64,000 bases of DNA. Origin: Nitrospira sp. Lineage in GTDB: Bacteria > Nitrospirota > Nitrospiria > Nitrospirales > Nitrospiraceae. Shown here piece after piece: positions 56,579 through 64,000 of the stretch. The stretch's first letter is position 1. Every line of letters starts with the position of its first letter. A model generated the notes under the pieces. The model saw nothing but the letters and a program-made list of their open reading frames with translations, had not been told where the DNA came from and did no database searches. A program made the position numbers and the translations under genes. The DNA lies in assembly GCA_047150005.1 (NCBI GenBank), contig AP038806.1:2144001-2208000 (forward strand). Reading direction: 5' to 3'.

Positions 56579-56743
56579 CAGAATGTTGAAAAAGCCATCG
56601 TCTCACCCTCCCACCCCGGCACGCCGGACGCGCCTTTCACCAACCGTCGTTCTCGCATCGTTCAAACCCTCGACGTACCAGAAACCGTACGCCTCAGGTT
56701 TTCGCTCGCTGCGGCCTTGGCGGTGGGCTTTGTGAACATGCTG
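56579..56743. mobile_element. MITE-like element with imperfect 18-bp terminal inverted repeats
   Basis: CAGAATGTTGAAAAAGCC ... GGCTTTGTGAACATGCTG; non-coding; related partial copy at 27561-27670. Confidence 0.65.
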
Positions 56744-56818
56744 TACGAAAATCTCAAACGCGAGTCGCAAATAGTATTTTTTATTGATCAATGACGGCTG
56801 ATTTCGCACAGTGGGTGC

Positions 56819-57928
56819 ATGAGCCCGCTCGGGAAGGTGCAATCGATTCTCGCCAAGCCATTCATGCCGGCTGTGTGTTTTCTCTCCGGTGTGACCTATG
56901 ACACGCTGACCCTGACGCGCATCGATCGGCTGCAGGATAACTTATTGCTGCTGCTCTACATTCTGTTGCTCGGCGCTCTGATCGTGCTGACCGGCCGGTT
57001 GGGGATCCAGCCACCCCCGAACCGCGAGCAGTTGGCGTCATTCCCGCCGTTCATCCGATGGATGCTCCGCAGCCGGCCCTACTATCCGATGGCCAGCCAA
57101 TTTTTGCTCGGGGGGCTCTTCAGCGCCTATGCGGTCTTCTATTCACGCAGCGCGTCTCTGACCAGCACCGCCGTGTTTTTCGGCTTGCTGATCCTGCTGT
57201 TGGTCGGCAACGAGTTTCTGCGCGACCGGCTCTCGAATTTGCGGCTGACCGTCAGCCTCTATGCGCTCGTGTGCTTTTCGTTCTTCACCTTTTTCCTGCC
57301 GGTCATGACCGGCTTGATGAACGCGGCGATGTTTCTGCTCGGCGCGGTATTGAGCGGCCTGGTCACCTTGCGGGTCGTGGAACTGATCTATCGGAACAAC
57401 CCCGACCGCTCGCGACGTGAGGCGGTCGGGGTCACGGCGCCTGCGCTGGCGCTGATCACCCTGCTGGTCTCGTTCTACTTTCTCAACTGGATCCCGCCGG
57501 TGCCGCTGTCGCTGAAGTTCGGGGGCATCTATCACGAGGTGAAGAAGAACGATGACCGGTTTGAGTTGTCCTACGTCAAGAAGTGGTACGAAGTGTGGAA
57601 GCGATCGGACACCGTCTTTCCGGCGGACGAGCCGGTGTATTGCTTCACGGCGGTGTTCGCGCCGGTGGCGCTCAATACGACGGTGTATCACCACTGGTAT
57701 GTCAGATCCCACCGCGACAGACCGTTCGCCCACGCCGATCGCATTCCGGTCAGGATTTCCGGAGGGCGGGAAGGAGGATACCGGGCGTACACGTTCAAGC
57801 AACGCCTCGACCCCGGGGAGTGGCGTGTCGACGTGGAATCAGAAGACGGCCGTATCATCGGGCGGATGTCGGTGACTGTCGAGAATCAAGATGAAACGCG
57901 ACCGACGATGACCACTCTGTGGTACTGA
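56819..57928 (+). CDS. DUF2914-family membrane protein
   Basis: Multi-TM N-part (QF..GGLFS), IPPVPL, C-terminal F.AVFAP...H.W...GGR..GYR...G.WRVDV. Confidence 0.8.
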   Translation: MSPLGKVQSILAKPFMPAVCFLSGVTYDTLTLTRIDRLQDNLLLLLYILLLGALIVLTGRLGIQPPPNREQLASFPPFIRWMLRSRPYYPMASQFLLGGLFSAYAVFYSRSASLTSTAVFFGLLILLLVGNEFLRDRLSNLRLTVSLYALVCFSFFTFFLPVMTGLMNAAMFLLGAVLSGLVTLRVVELIYRNNPDRSRREAVGVTAPALALITLLVSFYFLNWIPPVPLSLKFGGIYHEVKKNDDRFELSYVKKWYEVWKRSDTVFPADEPVYCFTAVFAPVALNTTVYHHWYVRSHRDRPFAHADRIPVRISGGREGGYRAYTFKQRLDPGEWRVDVESEDGRIIGRMSVTVENQDETRPTMTTLWY

Positions 57929-57983
57929 ACTGCGTCACGCACCCCGTTGCGACAGACTGCTCAAGCGTGTAGTGTCCTGTCTG

Positions 57984-58346
57984 ATGAGTCAACGAGCTCT
58001 GCCTCCGTGCCCGTCCAGTCCCAACTGTGTATCGACGCTGGCCGAGGATGAAAGGCACGCCATCGCCCCGTTTCGCTATACGAAATCCCGAGCCGAGGCC
58101 AAGAAAGCGCTGAAGACGACTCTGGGGACTCTGCCTCGCTCCAAGCTGGTTGAAGAAGACGAGGCCTACCTCCACTATGAATTCACCAGCCTGATTTTTC
58201 GCTTCGTCGATGATGTGGAGTTTCTCTTCGACGACCAGCGTCGCGTGATCCACTTCCGCTCCGCCTCCCGCGTCGGCTACGGTGATTTCGGGGTCAACCG
58301 TCGGCGGATGGAGCAGATCCGTGGCTTGATCGACGGAAAAGTGTAG
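57984..58346 (+). CDS. DUF1499-family protein
   Basis: CP.SPNCVS, F.FVDDVEF, RSASR.G..D.GVNR.R. Confidence 0.88.
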   Translation: MSQRALPPCPSSPNCVSTLAEDERHAIAPFRYTKSRAEAKKALKTTLGTLPRSKLVEEDEAYLHYEFTSLIFRFVDDVEFLFDDQRRVIHFRSASRVGYGDFGVNRRRMEQIRGLIDGKV

Positions 58347-58441
58347 ACCTCGTGCAATCTGCCGTCTGGGTATCGAACCACCATCGGATAGCTGTGGTAC
58401 GGTATTCCGGAGTAGGCCTGTGGTGGGTGGCGGGAACAGGG

Positions 58442-59149
58442 ATGACGACGACCTATCAGGCGGAAGTCGGTCGAATTCGGGATTTGACGCACGACGTTCG
58501 CGAACTGGAATTGGCCTTGCGAGAACCGCCGCGCCTCTCCTTCAAGGCGGGGCAATTCATTTCGTTCGACGTGCCAAAGCACGGCCTGTCTCATTCTGTG
58601 GTCCGTCCCTATTCCATCGCTTCTCCGCCGTCGATCGACGATCGAGTGACCTTGGTCTTCAATTTGGTGGAGGGAGGTCCGGGTTCGCAGTACCTCTATG
58701 GTCTTCGGACCGGTGATGCCGTCCGGTTCAAAGGGCCTGCCGGTTCGTTCTATCTGCGGGAAAATGTAAGCCGGCACATGCTCTGCGTCGCCACAGGGAC
58801 GGGAATCGCCCCTCTCCTGTCCATGATCGCTACGGAATTAGAAGGGCAGAGTCTGCAACCCGTCACCCTCTTCTGGGGATTGCGATACGAGCGCGATCTC
58901 TATTACCGGAACGAGCTGGAGGCGCTGGCGTTCCGCTTCCCGAGGTTTTCGTTCGTTACCTGCCTCTCGCAGCCTGGGCCGGGCTGGACGGGGGTCAGGG
59001 GCCGAGTCACGGAGCTGGTCCAGGAACGAGTGAGTTCGGCGCGCGACCTCGCCGCGTATCTGTGCGGCAACGGCGCGATGATCAAAGACGTGACGGCCCT
59101 GCTTCAGGCGAAAGGACTGTGCCCGATCTACCGGGAGAAGTACTACTAG
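58442..59149 (+). CDS. FNR-family FAD/NAD(P)H oxidoreductase
   Basis: FKAGQF, RPYSIAS, G.GS.YL, ATGTGIAP, YLCG...M, EKYY. Confidence 0.9.
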   Translation: MTTTYQAEVGRIRDLTHDVRELELALREPPRLSFKAGQFISFDVPKHGLSHSVVRPYSIASPPSIDDRVTLVFNLVEGGPGSQYLYGLRTGDAVRFKGPAGSFYLRENVSRHMLCVATGTGIAPLLSMIATELEGQSLQPVTLFWGLRYERDLYYRNELEALAFRFPRFSFVTCLSQPGPGWTGVRGRVTELVQERVSSARDLAAYLCGNGAMIKDVTALLQAKGLCPIYREKYY

Positions 59150-59158
59150 CGCCACAGA

Positions 59159-59359
59159 CTAATGCTTTGCCTGTGTCTGCGGTTTCGGTCCCAACCGGGT
59201 GGTGTGCTGGAAGATGCACTTCGGACAGGTGTAGTGGACGAATTGCCCGCCTCCCACCACGCGTTTCTTCATGGCAATCTTGCACCAGGTGCACAGGCGA
59301 TCGGGAAGTTCGGAAAGGACCGGGGTCCTTCCGGACGGGGGCGGGGTTGCGTTCGACAT
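59159..59359 (-). CDS. Small zinc-ribbon protein
   Basis: CTWC...CPKC pair. Confidence 0.55.
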   Translation of the reverse strand: MSNATPPPSGRTPVLSELPDRLCTWCKIAMKKRVVGGGQFVHYTCPKCIFQHTTRLGPKPQTQAKH

Positions 59360-59530
59360 GCGGAACATTGTCTCCGAGCGCCGAGAACCTTGTCAACCGA
59401 TCGCTGCGATCGAGCAGGAGACGGGAGAGAACTTTTTTTTCCCGCCTGGCTCTGCATCCGAACGAATCATGCTATAGTGCAGGCACCCGAACGGTTTTCC
59501 CACCCACATCACAGAAAGGCGGATCATCCC

Positions 59531-59974
59531 ATGAGCGTAACCGTTGGATCGGAATCGACGATTTTGCCATCGAGCGCCCCGACGACTTCCTCGCCCGTCC
59601 GGACTCACGAAATGGTGGGAGAGGGGAAGGCGTGGGGACTCTGTACCGCCGTGGATCTCCAGGACTGTCAACCGGATCTGATTCGCAATGCGGAGCATAT
59701 TCGCCGTTATGTCGTGGAGCTCTGCGAACTGATCGACATGAAGCGGTTCGGCGAGTGTCAGGTCGTCGATTTCGGCTCGGGCCGCGTGGCCGGCTATTCG
59801 ATGGTGCAATTGATTTCGACCTCGCTGATCAGTGGCCATTTCGCCAACGATACCAACAACGCGTACTTGGATATCTTCAGCTGCAAGGGGTACGATCCTG
59901 CCGTCGTCGAGGCCTTTTCGAAGGACTTTTTCAAGGCCGGACGCAGCACGGCGACCGTCACGCTTCGATATTAA
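59531..59974 (+). CDS. S-adenosylmethionine decarboxylase-like pyruvoyl proenzyme
   Basis: DL.DC, GYS.VQLI.TS.IS.H, AYLDIFSC; start may instead be 59612. Confidence 0.8.
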   Translation: MSVTVGSESTILPSSAPTTSSPVRTHEMVGEGKAWGLCTAVDLQDCQPDLIRNAEHIRRYVVELCELIDMKRFGECQVVDFGSGRVAGYSMVQLISTSLISGHFANDTNNAYLDIFSCKGYDPAVVEAFSKDFFKAGRSTATVTLRY

Positions 59975-60039
59975 CGAGCTCGCCGGGAGCCGCACCGGCC
60001 GCTCCCGGCTCCGCACCACCACCAGCCTCGCGCCACTTC

Positions 60040-60375
60040 ATGAAGGCTCCGACACTCAAAGAATTCTTCCGGCATCTGCCCGAGAAACTCGATTCGGACG
60101 CGGCCGAGGGCTTGGAGGCTGTGTATCAGTTCGATTTGAGCGGCACCGAGGGTGGGCAATACTTCCTGACCGTCAGCCAGGGCGTTTGTCGGGTCAACGA
60201 AGGGACGCACGACGATCCGCATGTGACGTTGGCGATGGCGGGTGAGGATTGCATCAAGGTCCTGACCGGTCAATTGAGCGGTCAAATGGCCGCCATGTCG
60301 GGCAAGCTGCGGATCATGGGAGACTTCGGGCTGGCGCTTCAACTGCGAGCGCTCTTTCCCGGCATCGGATCGTAG
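60040..60375 (+). CDS. SCP2 sterol/lipid-binding domain protein
   Basis: YQFDLSG..GG.Y, G....P.VT, A.MSGKLRI.GD..LA. Confidence 0.88.
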   Translation: MKAPTLKEFFRHLPEKLDSDAAEGLEAVYQFDLSGTEGGQYFLTVSQGVCRVNEGTHDDPHVTLAMAGEDCIKVLTGQLSGQMAAMSGKLRIMGDFGLALQLRALFPGIGS

Positions 60376-60384
60376 CCGGGGCGG

Positions 60385-63300
60385 CTATCCTCTCGCTGGT
60401 TCCATCGGAGATTCCTCCGGCAGATTACCGGCGAGCGTCTGTTCGTCTACAAGCGGTCTCGGAAACCGCTCCTCGAGAATCATATACATCGTCGGCACCA
60501 GAAAGAGCGTCAGCAGGGTGGAGACGCTCAAGCCTCCCACTACCGCCCGAGCCAAGGGAGCATTGGTCTCGCCGCCGGTCCCCCAGCCTATCGCCATGGG
60601 AATCAGTCCGAATACGGTGGCCAAGGACGTCATCAGAATGGGCCGGAGTCTGGTTCTGGCGGCCGCGACGACGGCTTGGTGGAGCACGTTGCCCTTTCGT
60701 CGCAAGACGTTCGTGTAGTCCACGAGCAACACCCCGTTGGACACGACGATACCCAACATCATGATGATGCCCATCATCGACGTGGTGGACAAGGTGGTAT
60801 CGGTCAGGAACAGCGCCAGAATGACGCCGGGGAAGCCCATCGGAACCGAGAACATGATGATGAACGGGTCGATCAGCGATTTGAATTGGGCCGCCATGAC
60901 CATATAGACGAGGACCAACGCCAGCATGGTGGCGAACAGGAGGCCGGTGAACGTCTCGCGCTGCTGCTGGATCTGTCCGGCCAGCCTGATGCTGAAGCCG
61001 GTCGGCAACTGTAGCCGGGAGAATCCGGCTTCGAGATCGGCGGCGATCGCACCGAGATCCCGATTCAGCGGGTTGGCTGTGATATGAATGATCCGTTGGA
61101 AATACTTGCGATCGATCTTGACCGGCCCGGCATTGAGTTTGAGCGAGGCGACGTTTTTCAAGAGCACCGGTTCCTTGTTGCTGGCGGTGAGGATGATGTT
61201 CTCCAGGTCGGTCAGATCTTTCCGATGTTCTTCGGCCAGCCAGGCGCTGATGTAGTACTCGTTGCCGTTCTGCGGGTCGGTATAAATGATGGGATCCGTT
61301 TGCCCGTTGCCGTTCAGCGAGAACAGCACGGCGTTGGCGATGTCCGTTTCGCTGATGCCCAGTAACGCGGCCTTTTCCCGGTCCACGACGACGTTCACCT
61401 CGGGATAGTTCTCCTCACGGCTCACTTCGATGTCGGCCAGTCCCGGAGTCTGGTGCATGAGCGCCTCGACATCCCTGATCACGCCCCGAGCCTTCTCAAA
61501 ATCGTACCCGTAGATTTCCACGTCCACCGCCTTTTGCGAGCCGAAGCTCGTCACCCGCTTGACCAGCCCTCCGGGGTCGAAAAACATCGCTACGCCGGGA
61601 AACAGCTTGATGATTGCCGGTCGCACGTCATTCATGATCTGCACCTGGTTTCGTGTTCGCTTGTCCGGCGACGTCAAGTACACGGAAATGACCGACGTGT
61701 GCGGACCCGTGTTGGGATTGAACAGGGACGAACGGCCTTGTGCGAGGACGCCCGTGCTGGACACGATGGTTTCCAGCTCGTGCGGCGGGATGTTCTGGCG
61801 CAAGAGCCGTTCGACCTGCGCCACCTGTTGCTCGGTCTTCTCCACGCGCTGGCCGACCGGCGCCCTCAGGACGATGCGGAACTGACTCTCGTCCGACACG
61901 GGTAGAAATTCCGTGCCGATCAGCGGAACCAGCGCGAGGCTGAAGCCGAACAGAGCCACGACGCCGACAATGAAAATTCTGCGATGGTCCAACACCCACC
62001 GCAGAGAGTCCTCATAGCCGCGGTCCAGCGACTCGTACCGCTCGCGGCTCCAGTCCATGAGCCGTACGAACCAACCGGGCATCCGGCGATGGGATTCGTG
62101 CTCGGCCTTCAGAAACTTGTAGCAGAGCGCGGGCGTGACGGTGCGCGAGACGAAGAACGAGGTGAAGAGCGAGATCGCGATGGTGAGCGTCAGCGGAATC
62201 AACAGGAGCCTGGCGATGCCCACCACGAAAAAAATCGGAAGGAAGACCACCACGGTCGTGACGGTAGAGGCCAAGATGGGCATCGCCACCTCGCGCGCCG
62301 CTTCCAGGATCGCATCCCAGCGTCTGGAGGTGGCATTCAGATGCCGCTGGATGTTCTCCAACTCCACGATCGAGTCGTCGACCAAGCGCCCGATGCCGAG
62401 CGCGAGTCCTCCAAGGGTGAACACGTTCAGCGTTTGTCCTGTGAAATAGAGCACGATGAATGTCACCATGATCGACAGCGGGATCGCCACCGAGATGATC
62501 AGGGTGCTCGTGAGATTTCTCAGAAAGACCAGAATGACGGCTGCGGCCAACAGGGAGCCGTGCATGGCCTGTTCGATCAGATTGCTGATGGATTGGCGGA
62601 TGTAGACCGATTGATCGAAGGAGATACCGAGCGTGACGCCGGGCGGAATGCCGATCATTTTGGGAAGCGCGGCCCGGAGCGCATCGACCACCTCGACCGT
62701 ATTGGCGATCGGTTGCTTGTTCACCCTGAGGTACACCGCCCGATTCCCGTCGGTCCGCACGATGTTGGTCTGAATGTCCGATGAATCGGTGACCGTGCCG
62801 AGATCGCGCACGCGCACCGGGTTGCCCGTCTGATTGACCTTGACGATCACGTCCTGGATGGGCTCGACTGTGCGGAACTGATTGTTTGTGAAGACGTTAT
62901 AGTCCAAATTTCCGGCTTTGATGTTGCCGGAGGGAAGAATGAGATTCGCCGCCTTCACGGCCTTGACCACGTCCAGAATCGAGAGTCCGCGGGCATTGAG
63001 CAGGGCGGGATCCAAGTTGATGTTGATCTGGCGGATCTTTCCGCCCTCGACGGTTGCGGCGGCGACATTGGCGATCTGTTCGATTTGCGGGGCGATCGTG
63101 TTGAAGGCCAGGTCGTACAGTGCTCGTTCGTCGAGCGCCTCGCTGGAAACGGTGACGAACGACACCGGGATGTTCGATACATCGAACTTGACGATGAACG
63201 GCTGCAGGATGCCTGGGGGCAGGCTGTTCAGGATCTGGGTGATACGCTGCATCACCTCCATCTGCCCGACGTTGATGTCGGCACCCCAATTGAACCAGAC

Positions 63301-63576
63301 TTGGACGGCTCCGATGCCCTGTTTCGCGAAGGACTCGACGTGCTCGACGTTGGACGCCGAGCTGACGGCCTTTTCGATCGGATAAACGACGCTTTGCTCG
63401 ATGTCAAGCGGCGGGGCGCCTTTGTAGAGAACGCCCACAAACGCCACAGGAACCTGAATGTTGGGAAACAGGTCGACCGGTAGCCGGTTCAGAGAGGTAG
63501 CGCCGAGCACGACCATGGCCAGCGACAGCATCAGAATGCCGATGCGGTTGCGCAGTGCGAGCAGCGTCAGCCACAT
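60385..63576 (-). CDS. AcrB/AcrD/AcrF-family RND efflux permease
   Basis: LPVDLFP.I..P, G.LVDDSIV.LENI, GIVVSNGVLLVD, RLRPILMT. Confidence 0.95.
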   Translation of the reverse strand: MWLTLLALRNRIGILMLSLAMVVLGATSLNRLPVDLFPNIQVPVAFVGVLYKGAPPLDIEQSVVYPIEKAVSSASNVEHVESFAKQGIGAVQVWFNWGADINVGQMEVMQRITQILNSLPPGILQPFIVKFDVSNIPVSFVTVSSEALDERALYDLAFNTIAPQIEQIANVAAATVEGGKIRQININLDPALLNARGLSILDVVKAVKAANLILPSGNIKAGNLDYNVFTNNQFRTVEPIQDVIVKVNQTGNPVRVRDLGTVTDSSDIQTNIVRTDGNRAVYLRVNKQPIANTVEVVDALRAALPKMIGIPPGVTLGISFDQSVYIRQSISNLIEQAMHGSLLAAAVILVFLRNLTSTLIISVAIPLSIMVTFIVLYFTGQTLNVFTLGGLALGIGRLVDDSIVELENIQRHLNATSRRWDAILEAAREVAMPILASTVTTVVVFLPIFFVVGIARLLLIPLTLTIAISLFTSFFVSRTVTPALCYKFLKAEHESHRRMPGWFVRLMDWSRERYESLDRGYEDSLRWVLDHRRIFIVGVVALFGFSLALVPLIGTEFLPVSDESQFRIVLRAPVGQRVEKTEQQVAQVERLLRQNIPPHELETIVSSTGVLAQGRSSLFNPNTGPHTSVISVYLTSPDKRTRNQVQIMNDVRPAIIKLFPGVAMFFDPGGLVKRVTSFGSQKAVDVEIYGYDFEKARGVIRDVEALMHQTPGLADIEVSREENYPEVNVVVDREKAALLGISETDIANAVLFSLNGNGQTDPIIYTDPQNGNEYYISAWLAEEHRKDLTDLENIILTASNKEPVLLKNVASLKLNAGPVKIDRKYFQRIIHITANPLNRDLGAIAADLEAGFSRLQLPTGFSIRLAGQIQQQRETFTGLLFATMLALVLVYMVMAAQFKSLIDPFIIMFSVPMGFPGVILALFLTDTTLSTTSMMGIIMMLGIVVSNGVLLVDYTNVLRRKGNVLHQAVVAAARTRLRPILMTSLATVFGLIPMAIGWGTGGETNAPLARAVVGGLSVSTLLTLFLVPTMYMILEERFPRPLVDEQTLAGNLPEESPMEPARG

Positions 63577-63580
63577 AACG

Positions 63581-63680
63581 GCAGTACTGGGTAAGGAGTG
63601 CTGCTTGCTGAGTGAGAAGCCATCATCATTATGAGAGCGTGATTCATGAGTTGTCTCTCAGCACTCAGGACTTCAGGACT
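63581..63680. repeat. Degenerate heptamer inverted repeat cluster
   Basis: GTGCTG/GCTGAGTGAG ... CTCAGCACTCAGGACT, same type as 45927-46030. Confidence 0.6.
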
Positions 63681-64000
63681 GTGGGAGTGATTGGGCCTGC
63701 ACGGGGGTTCCGGATTGGACCAAGTCTTTGCCGGACACGATGACCTGTTCGTCCCCGATCAATCCCTTGGTGATCTCGACCCGATTCTCATCGCGCACAC
63801 CGATATCCACGGGAACCCGCTCGGCCTTTCCCTCCCGAACGATGTATACATACTGTGCATCCTCGAGCCGGCTCACCGCATCAATCGGAATCTGCAACGC
63901 GTTGGCGTGCGTTCCCACCAACACTTCGACGCGCGCGAACATCCCGCCTTTCAAGAGATGATCCTTGTTGGGAAGATCCAGTTCGACCGTCATGGTCCGC
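63673..64000 (-). CDS. RND periplasmic adaptor subunit, 5' part outside the window
   Basis: L..GMFARV, IP.DAV, VEITKGL..DEQVIVSG. Confidence 0.88.
   Translation of the reverse strand, partial: RTMTVELDLPNKDHLLKGGMFARVEVLVGTHANALQIPIDAVSRLEDAQYVYIVREGKAERVPVDIGVRDENRVEITKGLIGDEQVIVSGKDLVQSGTPVQAQSLPQS

Noticed and set aside
59062..60039. 437-aa ORF 59062-60375 as a long SCP2 fusion
   Set aside because: The upstream part overlaps three better-supported genes; only 60040-60375 looks coding in this frame.

Overview
GC-rich bacterial chromosomal window, most likely from a Nitrospira-like (Nitrospirota) genome; this is inferred from gene content and an intergenic repeat family, not proven. (1) 1-14 kb is a modular metal-acquisition island: TlpA thioredoxins, TonB, a BNR-repeat protein, a TonB-dependent receptor, two paralogous outer-membrane barrels, a YncE-like beta-propeller lipoprotein, two atypical HMA proteins and three excisionase-like HTH genes. 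The cargo genes are preceded by four small secreted ORFs sharing a His-rich stretch, a CxxxC motif and a RAPP/RGPP ribosome-arrest motif at a fixed 41-42 aa spacing. (2) 14-28 kb is copper detoxification: DsbA, a CorE-like Cys-rich ECF sigma, CopA, a fifth leader-like ORF and CusCBA. (3) 28-39 kb holds HtrA, an operon for a lipoprotein truncated haemoglobin, DUF4331, TonB, TPR and HupE/UreJ, a divergent ECF/cupin anti-sigma pair, and nikR plus a TonB-dependent receptor. (4) 39-64 kb is mixed: Mpg, a His-less kinase, cytochrome c, cruF-like/hpnA/ispA, a repeat-flanked vapBC, a desaturase-methyltransferase-FAD reductase operon (probable methyl-branched fatty acid pathway), a PHD-finger-like small protein, SpeD-like, SCP2 and an RND pump. 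No rRNA, tRNA, CRISPR array or transposase was recognised. All family assignments come from visual motif recognition; no database searches were run.
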